A stretch of DNA of 64,000 bases from contig NW_027117350.1 in NCBI RefSeq assembly GCF_038025025.1, positions 1,054,001 through 1,118,000 on the forward strand. The letters run 5' to 3'. The translations under genes were made by a program, and so were the position numbers. The notes beneath the pieces were generated by a model that ran no database searches, had not been told where the DNA came from, and saw nothing but the letters and a program-made list of their open reading frames with translations. Of the stretch, positions 12,518-22,939 are shown one piece after another. Source of the stretch: Phyllosticta citribraziliensis. Taxonomy: Eukaryota. How positions within the stretch are numbered: the first letter of the stretch is position 1; each line of letters starts with the position of its first letter.

Positions 12518-13056
12518 TCACAATTTGGACGTTTGCGTCGCCACGACAATCCTCTCCAGCCCTCTCCGCAGATCATCACCCATGCCCATCTTCCCCGGTT
12601 TCCTGCCCTCCCTCTCCACAAAGACGTGCACGAACTCGCCCACAGCCCTGACGGCGTCCTCGCCCCGCTCAAACACGCCAATCTCGTACGTCACGCTGCT
12701 CTTGCCCAGCTTGTTGACCCGCAGCCCCAGCTCGGCGACGGCGGGGAAGCCGAGCGGCGCAAAGTAGTCGCAGTGCGAGTGCACGACGAGGCCGATCTGC
12801 GCCGAGCTGGGCGGCTGCAGCGCGCAGTGCGCCGTCAGGTAGGCGTTGACGATCGAGTCGAATAGGAAGTAGTAGTTGCTGTTGTTCATGTGGTCGTACA
12901 TGTCGTTGTCGCTCCTGGTCATGGCGGCGTCGTTAGAAGACTGTCTAAGTGCCAGGTCGACTAGGCCCTGCTGCGGTGCCCTCACCATCGCGTCCGGTAG
13001 TCGAGGTGGAATTTGTAGTCGCTCCGGCGTCGCGATTTCAGATCTGCTTGCGCCAT
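12518..13056 (-). CDS. Hotdog-fold (4HBT-like) acyl-CoA thioesterase, probably peroxisomal
   Basis: RTRW/SDNDMYDHMNNSNYY motif across intron 12915-12985; C-terminal SKL is a PTS1 signal. Confidence 0.85.
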
Positions 13057-13379
13057 GATTGGAGAACGCCAATTGGCAGGATCGAAAGAAGAGTGGAAGA
13101 GAAGATGGTGAAGCGCACTGCGCCGACTCCACAGAGCACTACATAGTGGACAAGCAGTGACGAGGATGCGTCCGCTTCGACCAACCGAGGCAGGGCTAGA
13201 GCCAACCCCAGTCAATCAGATTAGATAAGAGCAGCACCGATCTCCTTGACTCGAATCGCAACCTCGTCCCAAAAAAGTTCCACCACCAACCACCTCCGCT
13301 CAACCTCGCCGCCAAGCTGTCGCCCTCTCCGCGCATAGTCGAGTACCTGATCCGGCGCGGCGGCACATCTCGACCGATC

Positions 13380-14950
13380 ATGGCGCTCACGACATATGGG
13401 CCCCGGCCGCGCCGCAACGGCCGGCCCACCGACGACAAGGACGCGCTGGCCTTGCAGCAGCCGCCGCCAGACGTTGCCATCACGCCCTGCGATGCCGAAT
13501 GGCCGCGGCCGTACATTCTGGATAACGGGCTGCGTCGCGTCAAGCCGTACTACTTTACGTACAACACCAATTGCAAGGAGCGCTGGCGCAACCGCGAGCT
13601 GCTCGAGATTTGCGCCGACGAGTTTCGCGACAGGCCGTTTGAGTACTACGTACGTTGCGAACCGAGTGTTTTGAGAGAGACGGAGCGAAAGAAGAGCGTA
13701 CCGTAGGCTGATTCGCCCTCACCCAGAAAGAGAGCATCGAGAATGGCCGCATCGTGGTGAACGGCAAGCAGGTGCCCACCAACTACCTGGTGCGCAATGG
13801 CGAACTGATGAGCCACACGACGCATCGACACGAGCCGCCCGTTACCGCAGAGCCCATCGACGTCGTGCACGAAACTGACGACATGATCATCATCAACAAG
13901 CCGGCGGGCGTGCCCGTCCACCCGGCGGGCCGCTACATGTACAACAGCCTGGTGGAAATCATGCGTGCGGAGCGGCACTATTCGTTCAAGCCGCTGCCGT
14001 GCCACCGGCTGGACCGGCTGACGAGCGGCGTCATGTTCATCGCGAAGCACCCCAAGGCTGCCGACGAGCTGAGCAAGCAGATCAAGGGCCGCACCGTCAA
14101 GAAGGAGTACGTGGCGCGCGTGGCCGGCGAGTTCCCGCCCGGCGACGTCGTCTGCGACAAGCCAATTCTGCAAATCAGCCCCAAGCTCGGCCTCAACCGC
14201 GTGCGCGCCAGTGGCAAGGACGCCCGCACCGTCTTCCGCCGATTGGCATACTATCCGCCTAAGGACGAAGACGACGACGAAGCTCCCGCCGCGGACGTCG
14301 ACGGCCAGCCATGGAAGAAGCTGCGCGGCTACAGCATCGTGCGCTGCATGCCGCTGACAGGCCGCACGCACCAGATCCGCGTGCACCTGCAATTCCTGGG
14401 GCACCCCATCAGCAACGACCCCATCTACGCCAACCAGCGCGTCTTCGGGCCCTCGCTGGCCGGCGGCGACGACGCCTCGGACGACGACGCCTCCATCATG
14501 ACGCGCCTGGCACGCATGGGCAAGGACGAAGTCGCGTCGGCCGTCGCGTACCACGACGAGCTGGTCGGCAACTACCGCGCGCGCCAGGCTGAGAAGCTGA
14601 CGGGCGAGCTCTGCGACGTGTGCGCCACGCCGCTGTACTCGGACCCGGGCGTCCACGAGCTCGGCATCTACCTGCACGCGCGGAGGTACGCGTGCGAGGA
14701 CGGCCGCTGGAGCTACGAGACGCCGCTGCCGGCGTGGGCGCTGCCGCCCGCGGGCTACGATGGGCCGACCGAGGCGACGGGCGAGTCGGATCCGCTGGCT
14801 GCCGATTTGGCGAAGTTGGGGCTCAATGGGGACGGTACGGTGAGAGAGGAGAGGGTGGAGGAGGAGAGGGTGGAGGAGGAGAGGGAGCAGAGGGAGCAGG
14901 CGGAGCAGGGGGAAGAGCACGAACAGAAAGCGGCTGTTGCAGCGGCATGA
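13380..14950 (+). CDS. RluA-family tRNA pseudouridine synthase (RIB2/PUS9-like, no deaminase domain seen)
   Basis: NKPAGVPVHP, catalytic HRLDRLTSG, TGRTHQIRVH and LHA motifs; intron 13650-13726. Confidence 0.88.
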
Positions 14951-14956
14951 CAGGGC

Positions 14957-14985
14957 ATCTATCTATCTATCTATCTACATACCTA
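14957..14985. repeat. (TCTA)n microsatellite
   Basis: atctatctatctatctatctac immediately after the stop codon. Confidence 0.8.
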
Positions 14986-15164
14986 CGTGAAGTAGAGTAG
15001 ACGCATAGGTACTCCCAAAACAGGGAAAGAGACTTTACTGCCTGCCTCTACGCACTTGCCATCCATCAATGCATACATAGCTCCCTCCCTCCCTCCCTCC
15101 CTCCCCCTCGCTTCTTTTCCCCAATCCGTCTTCCTCGTCCTTGGCTTGGACTCACACGACGCTC

Positions 15165-15272
15165 TTCCAAGGAGCGTCCATTCGTTGCTGCAGATACATC
15201 TAGGGAGCGTTCATTCGCCGCTGCAGTCACGTATAGGGAGCGTTCACTCGCTACCGCGCCGCTTCTTAGACG
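15165..15272 (+). repeat. Copy 4 of the 33-bp repeat family (three units, no recognisable TIRs)
   Basis: Units start at 15168, 15201 and 15234; consensus TAGGGAGCGTTCATTCGCTGCTGCAG...; ends in TAGACG like copy 3. Confidence 0.75.
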
Positions 15273-15991
15273 GTAGGTACGGCAGGCAAGGTCGATTGAG
15301 GAGCAGTGATGGTCATGTATGTAGTGCGATGTGTGTAGGATTAGAGTTAGAAAGACTTGGTCCTCCTTCCCCATATCTTATATGTATATATATACATGTA
15401 ACCAGTAGCCTCGCGCGTAAATGTGTTGGTAGTGAGTAGTAAGTAGTAACATATGTGTGTATATTGTAGTGATGGCACTATCTTGGTTGGCAAGTCCTAC
15501 ATGTACGGGACTACTCTACATAGTACCCTACATACACCAGTTAGTAGTGAGTGGTTACGTTACTCCAGGCAAAGGGGGTCTTGGGCGCGTGCGTGCACGT
15601 AGGTACGGTAGGAGGACTCTCGACGTCATCACCATCCGATCCGCAGAAAAGGGGGCAAGAAACGGATTGTATAAAATTAAAGATCGCTCGTTCGGGATTA
15701 CTTTGTCAAATGAGATAGAAGGCAAACTTGCCAATCCGGTGATTGGATAGATAGCGAGACATCCTTCACTTCGGTCGGCTTTGACTGCCGTGCATTCGGG
15801 GTTCGTGATAGTGGTTTGTGCATCCATCCGTCCATCCGTCTACTGCGCGGTTCGCTCGGAAAAGGGAAAGCAGGGGCCGGTGGTAGCACGCGCATCAGTC
15901 TGACGATGCAAATCTGGCGAGCACTTCATTCATACGCTCCGAACGACTCTCACCTCTCCTCCCCTCATTACTCAACCAACCAACCACACAC

Positions 15992-16958
15992 TCAATACCT
16001 CGGCGGCGCCGGCCCACCATAATCACTCCTCCCAGCACCACCAGCCCCGCCATCACCGTAGTGCTTCTTGCGCAGGGCAGCGAGGCGCTTCTTCTTGGTG
16101 TGGGCGTTGACATAGGTGCCGATGACGAAGCCGACGACGTTGAAGAACGGCACCCACGTCTCCTGCGGCAGGAACTTTTGCGCAAACGCCAGCGCCACGG
16201 GCGACGTGACCCAGCTGACCTTCATGACGGGCAGGAAGCCGGCCTTGACGGTTGCGCGCACCTGGTGGAAGGTACGCGCGCCGGCGATGAGCGCCATCGA
16301 GGTTAGGTAGACGGCGTTTTGGATGGGCGAGATCTGCGGTGGGTGGGGGTTATTGTTAGTGTGCTGTATGTGGATGTGTATATATATGCGCGAACGGGGT
16401 GGATGGGACGCTTCTTACCACCAGATTGCTGACGAGAATCTGCAGAATCTTGGCCTTGAGGCTCGTCCGGCCCTGGAACATCTTCTGCAGGATCTGGATG
16501 AGAATGTGGCCGAGCGGGGCGCTCACAAAGGCGCCGTAGATGGCCATCTTGGGGACGCGCGCCGTCAGGTAGCCGCCGTTCTTGTTGCGGTCGTGGGCGA
16601 TCCACGAGGCGAGCAGCTCCTGCAGCGCCGACAGCGTGCCCGAGGTGAGCATCTTGGTGCGCAGCGGGTTGGACTGCAGCTGGCGGAGATAGGCCTGCGA
16701 GGCTCAGCGTCAGGGTCCATTATTGGTGGTGGTGGTGATGTTGATGTTGTCGCATCGCAATGGGAGGACAATTGGTTTGTTGTGTGGTGGACTCACTGCC
16801 AGGTAGCCATTGGCGCCGCCGCCGCGGGTCAGAGCCTCGCCGACTTCGTGGGCCAGACCCTCATGGTGGTGGTGTTTGTCGCCGGCGGCTTGAACGGCCT
16901 GGGCGGCAACGGAGCCGCTGGCGGTCCGGACGGTCTCCTTCTCAAACTTGACCGACAT
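15992..16958 (-). CDS. Mpv17/PMP22 (PXMP2-like) integral membrane protein
   Basis: YLRQLQSNPLRTKMLTSGTLSALQELLA, APLGH and LPQETWVPFFNVVGFVIGTYVN; introns 16695-16796 and 16334-16418. Confidence 0.88.
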
Positions 16959-17669
16959 CTGAGGCAGCTAGGGGACGGTAGGGGGTGAGAGCTGAGGATT
17001 CGGGGCGGGAGCTAGAGGTAGCGCGGGGAGGGCAGGCCGGTTGCGGTGCAGCAATGGTGGAGATGTTGGAGATGCGTGGTGTTTGTTGTCCTACATGCTG
17101 TGCTGTAGGCGTGCGTGGTGGTCGTCGGCGAGCACCGAGGCAGGGCAGGGTAGGGTGGGCGGTAAACGACGCCGGCATAAGACAGGGCTCCGGTTGGGCC
17201 GACGACGCGGGGAAGATTCAACGACTACCAAAGGCTTCCCTGCTTCTTCTACTGCTGTACTGCCAGTTAGCCAGATCCCTTCCCTTGGTCCAAGTCCCGT
17301 CCCCGTCCCCGTCCTGGTGCAAAATAAGATAAAGACAGCGGCCATGTCTCCACCTCAGCTTATCAACGACGCACATCGCTCTCCGCAGATTGCGCCCTGC
17401 GACCTTGCGCTGTACGACGTCCCGAGTCTGTCCGATCTTTCGTCTGGTCCGACGACCTCGCAGCGCAGTCTCAGGTCACGGCACCATCTTGCAACCGCCG
17501 TTGCTTGGCCTGACCTGACTGTGACGCCTGCCGTGGCCTGGAATGAATGAACCACCGTCCCGTCGGATCTGATAAGCCAGGGCGCGCAACTCTGCGACCC
17601 ACGTCCAAAGAAATTTCCGCCTCGCTGCTAAAAATGAAATCCATGGGCTCCGTGTAACCGATGATAATC

Positions 17670-17688
17670 AAAAAAAAAAAAAAAAAAA
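17670..17688. repeat. Poly(A) tract in divergent intergenic region
   Basis: Run of about 19 A. Confidence 0.85.
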
Positions 17689-18024
17689 GAGACAGCGTAA
17701 GTTGTCGTGTTTGCTCTGCAGAGTGTGCGCTTCCTGCCTCGCCTTCCTCCTTGGTTCCCTTCCCTTATCGACCTCCAGTCCCCAGACGTCATTACCCAAT
17801 GTCACGCCCGTCGTTTGCGACGTCCAAGTCTTGACAACCATTGACCCGGCCGACAACTCACCACCTTACCTCCTCCCTCCACTCCTCTTCAACCTCACCA
17901 TGGCCACCCTCATTGATTCTCGCAGCGCCTGAGCCTGAGCCTGAGCCCCGTGTCACCTGCTCACACCACTACCCACCAACTCCCAACTCCTCGAGGGCGT
18001 TCAACACACCCCTCGGGCCCAGCC

Positions 18025-19484
18025 ATGGCTTCGTCCATTCCACAAGACGATGGAGCCGCCTCCTTCGCATCCTCGCACAAGACGTCTTCTTCATCCGACG
18101 CCGAAAATCCCCACTCGCGCCCGCCGCTGAAAACCAATCAGGACGCCGCAAATCGTCATCTGCCCGAACGTGGAAGAGGAATGTTTGCGAGAAACCACCT
18201 GTCGTCCGCCTCGCAGCGCACCTGCTTCAAGCCTGCCTGCACCCACACCACCATGGAGCGCTTCTATGGCGGCACCTGCTACACCTGTGGCCGCAAGTCA
18301 CCCCTTGGATTTGTTTACGTTTGCTCCCAAGACGAGGGCAAAAATGGTGACCCCTGGTCCATGCTGGCCAAGCTTCACGTCGACACCACCCCGGACGAGT
18401 CTCTTGGACCCTTGGATCGTTTGAAAAGTCTCGGCGTGAGCCCCTCGATTCTGCGCCAGGCCAGCCAGGGCGTGTATACCGACGACCAGATCGAGACTTT
18501 GATCCAACAGAGACGGCGCGTGCTCGACGTGATTGAAGCACAGAATCCCAACCTTATTTCTGGTAGGCTACTCCCATCCAAAGTGAATGTCGCTGACTTG
18601 AAAAGACGTCGAGGGCAAGTTGAGCGCGGCTGCGTTGACCAAGGAGCGCACGAGACGGCGCAAGACCGTCCATCCGAGATGCCGGGTCAAGTGCTGCATA
18701 TCGTGCCGTGCGGACTACAGAGTGAGCATTTTCTGTCTCCTGCAAAAGCAAAGCTAATTTGTAGGCACGCTCCTATGAATCGTTCGAGGCCGCCTTTGGC
18801 GACGAGTCTAAACCTCTCGGCCTCGTCGATCTCACCTCTGTACAGGTGCACAATGCTGACATTGTTCGCAACATTGGCACCAGTTACATGCCTCCACCTC
18901 CGCCTCTGGTGCACAAGAGCTCATTCTCGACAGAGTCGTCCATCAGCGAGCCTCCAGAGAGTACTTACACGTGGCGCACCACCGAGTCGGCCATGGCATT
19001 CCAGAACAGTGGCACGGAGACTGCTGGCCATTTCTACAAGGTCCAGCCGACCGGTGATTGTGATGTCGAATCCGTGTACCAGAGATTTGACTACCACATG
19101 CCCACAATCAAAAACATTCGCACGGGCGTAACCCAAGCCGTCAAGACCATCTTCAAGAGACGTCGAGAGTCTTCGTCGGACGGATCTGCACTCAGTCTCC
19201 CCATCCCCTCGGTGACACGGCCGAACACCAGAGACGAGAGCAGAGACTCGTGGCACAGCCTTCCGCGATCCTTTTTCCGCTCCAAGAACAGGCCAGAGGA
19301 ACTCGCTCTGTCTACATGCAGGGCCGACAGCGCAACAGCCGCTCAGTACGAGATGATGCCGAACAAGCAATCGAAACGCGTCGATAGTGACGACACGCTT
19401 CTGGATGACACCGTGGAAGGAGGCATCATGCTGACCGAGGAGGCGGTCGAAAACCACATGCCGGATCTCATCACGCAGGCCTAG
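18025..19484 (+). CDS. Uncharacterised protein with split Cys/His clusters
   Basis: Three exons (introns ~18562-18605 and ~18722-18764) join ORFs 17950.. and 18846... Motifs CTHTTM..CYTCGR..YVC and CRVKCCISCR. Start codon uncertain. Confidence 0.65.
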
Positions 19485-20167
19485 AGGCCAAATACAGCTC
19501 CATCCTTGGCATAGTACTTTTGGGACAGGTGGCGCAGCTTCGAGCACGGATTTATCAAGGAAAAAACGGCGCCTAGGGTACGGACTGTTTATGGCCTGGT
19601 GTGGTCGGATGTCGTATCATTCTCCTTTTCCCTTATTGCTTGCTTCTCTCCGGCCTGTCATCCTGATTTCTTCTCCCACTGCATCTAGATATCCCCGTTT
19701 CTTTGTAGGTGTTTTCCCTACTACAGGCAACGTCACTTCATTGGTATGCATTTGGTTTTGTTACGATTGGTCATTCACGCTGGAGCCAATGTACGATGGC
19801 GCATGGAATGCGATAGGGGCGTCTTGTTTTGATTATTTGGCATGCTGTATGAAACGAGCATGGAGGTTGTCATGACGGACATGTATGATTTTGGGATGTG
19901 GGAGTAGCGATGACATATTCCAAGAGAAATGGACAAGGTAATTCTTCACAGCACATTACAACTGTCTTTGCGGACGTTACCGTACCTTGGTCCAGCATCC
20001 TGGACCCTGATACGTCACTGCGGTTGCGCCGATTATCCCCGACGCTCGGCCTCAGCCTTACCTCTGCAACCCCCACCATCAACATCATCCTTGCCCACCT
20101 TTCGACATCTCTTCCTCCGCCGCCACAACCTTTCCCAACCAAACTCCAAGCATCAATTCCACTCATC

Positions 20168-21387
20168 ATGTCGGCCGACGCACAAGAACAACCAACAGGC
20201 ACGGCCGGCACCGCCTCGCCCGGCCTGAGCGGCCTGGAAGCCGAAAACTTTGAGCTCGAGCCGATTGTCCACCTTGGCACGCGACGCAGCGCGCTGGCGA
20301 GAGTGCAGACGGACATTGTCGAGGCGGCACTGAAAAAGGCGTGGCCAGGCCAGCGGTGCGAGATACACGCCATGGCGACCATGGGCGACAAGAACCAGAC
20401 GACTGCGCTTCACGAGATGGGGGCCAAGAGCCTGTGGACGCACGAGCTCGAGGCACTGCTCGAGACGGGCGACTTGGACATGATTGTGCACAGCCTGAAG
20501 GGTAATCACAAATAACGCGCCAATTGGGTGTTCTGAATCGAGCTAACGCGTCTGCAGACATGCCGACGACGCTTCCCCCCAAGCTCAGCATCGGCGCCAT
20601 TTTCCCTCGCGAAGACCCGCGCGACGCCTTCGTCCTCAAAGCCTCGCTGCACGACGCATCCAGCAACACGCCCCAGTACCCGACGCTGGCGTCGCTGCCG
20701 CCCGACTCCATCATCGGCACCTCGTCCGTCCGCCGCGCCGCCCAGCTCAAGCGCCGCTACCCGCACCTGCGCTTCGCCGACGTGCGCGGCAACCTGGGAA
20801 CGCGCCTGGCCAAGCTCGACGGCACCTGGACGCCCGAGGACCCGGCGACCGTGGTCCCTGAATACTCTGCGCTGATCCTGGCGGCCGCGGGGCTCAAGCG
20901 GCTCGACCTGGGCCACCGCATCACGGCGCTGCTGAGCGCGCGCGACGGCGGCATGCTGCACGCTGTGGGCCAAGGCGCGCTGGGCATCGAGGTGCGCGCG
21001 GGTGACGCGCGCGCGCAGAAGCTGCTGTCGCGCGTCGGGTGCGAGCGCAGCGCGCGGGCGTGTCTCGCCGAGCGCGCCCTCATGCGCGCGCTCGAGGGCG
21101 GCTGCAGCGTGCCGATTGGCGTCGAGAGCGAGTGGGTGGACGGCGCGACGGGGGAGGCCATCCCGCCGCAGGGCGAGGGCCAGAGCGGCAGCGAGCCGGC
21201 CGACGGCGAGGAGCTAGTCCTGCGCGCCATCGTCGTCAGCCTGGACGGCAGCAAGGCGGCGGAGGTCGAGACGAGGCGCAAGATTGAGTCGAGAGACGAT
21301 GCTGAGTCGCTGGGCAGGCACGTCGCTAATATGCTGGTGAACAGGGGCGCGGGCGAGATTCTGGCCGAGATCAACCAGACGAGGTAG
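20168..21387 (+). CDS. HEM3: Porphobilinogen deaminase (hydroxymethylbilane synthase)
   Basis: GTRRSALARVQ, VHSLK/DMPT across intron 20502-20557, GTSSVRR, RGNLGTRLAKLD and LEGGCSVPIG. Confidence 0.95.
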
Positions 21388-22939
21388 TGTGCTTGAGAAA
21401 CATCCTGGCGTCTGTTGGAGAAGCACAGGCTGGCGGTGGACGCAAAAAGCTGGATATGGCATATCACGTAGCATGGGACGGCGTGTCTAAGAGCTCTTTA
21501 CTCCAAACTTAACCAACGCATCTGGGCACGAAAAGACGGATAGAAGCGCACACGGGTTTCTAGACTGATGGATCCCTCGATGAATGAAGGACTGGTCCAG
21601 TGGTTCTGAAAGAGGACGCAGAATAGGGGTCGAAGTCGCCAGCGAACAAAACGTATATACAATTGATCCCCCCACCCCCATCTGCTCCGCTCCTTGTCAT
21701 CACGCACAATTTTCCCCCTAGGTAGGCTATAAGTACAGCGACGGCGCTGGCGAGGAGCACGTGTAGTTGCGGAGTAGGAGAAGAAGATAGATGGAACGAG
21801 CCCATCGCATCCGATCTCATGAGGAGATTCGGTGGGGCCGCACGCACAGCCAGCCAGCCAGACAGCAACGGAACAATTGGAATAATGGCATGACTCGACG
21901 CTCTCCACTCTGCTCGTGTCTTTTTCGATATATCTGCCATCCCCACCCACCCCTATGCGCTATTGAAAGATGAAATGAAGCAAGCATGGCAAAGCCTCCG
22001 ACTCTGAACGCGTCTGGTCGTCCCGTCTCGACGTGAGCGCTGCGTCATGTCAGTCATCTGCCCAGCTGGCCGACTCGGATTGTCGCGCTTGCGTTTGATC
22101 TGATAGAACGGCCTTGCGATCTGCGGCAATCAGTTGGCACGGCGGAAGAGGGACCCGCCAATAAACGGCCACAAGCGGTGCGGTCCAACGGCGCAAATCA
22201 CGTCAAGAAGCGAAGCAGTGCTGCACTACGTTGCTCTGGCTGGCGACGCTGAGACACGACGGGAGGACGGCGGCGTCCGAAGCGGGGATTGGAGCAGTGT
22301 TTCGAGGCCGTTCATCTTTGAAACGCGCAACTGGTGACTGGTGGTGGAACAACAAGAAGAGGGTCTGGTTGCTTTTCGGAGCGAGAGCTGCGAGACAAGA
22401 CGACCGACCTGAGCGAAACACGAGTCGGCAGTTGATGACGAGCAGCGCACGAATTTCCCAAACGGCGACGCCCTCGACCCGAACAACATGCAGGATTCGC
22501 ACTCCCACGTGGAGAGAAGGCCTGATGAAACGCACAGCGCGACGCGAGGGCAGAGTCTTTTCAAACACCATGCTGGCGATCGTCGAATGCGACGGCACCG
22601 CAGAATATCTGCCCGCCATGGCCCAAACGCGCCCCGTCCGTGGCTCCATCCAGCCCCTGTCCCAAGCTTTTCCCTTTTACTCTCTCTTGTTGGCCTCTTC
22701 GTCTTTTTGATCATGTCGCTTGCATTCGTTTCCTTTTCGTCCATCGTCTTGTCTTGTTTGCTTTCCAGCAGCCGGTCTGCTCTTCGTTTCTGCTGCCACC
22801 ACGGGCCGTCCAGCTTTGGTCTCTGCGAGCCAGCCATCTCCGCCGCAGAGCGGTTCCCCGGATCGGCGCTGACCCTGGGACGACCTGGACGCTCCAACGG
22901 AGCATCCTCAGCCCTTCGACGAGCCCGACTTATGACGCT

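Noticed and set aside
13646..14920. Long antisense ORFs (also 20757-21467, 53306-54250, 58129-58893 and others)
   Set aside because: Shadow frames of GC-rich genes on the opposite strand, with no recognisable motifs.
10700..15272. 33-bp periodic repeats as a CRISPR-like array
   Set aside because: The units are contiguous degenerate tandem repeats without unique spacers, there are no cas genes, and the context is eukaryotic.
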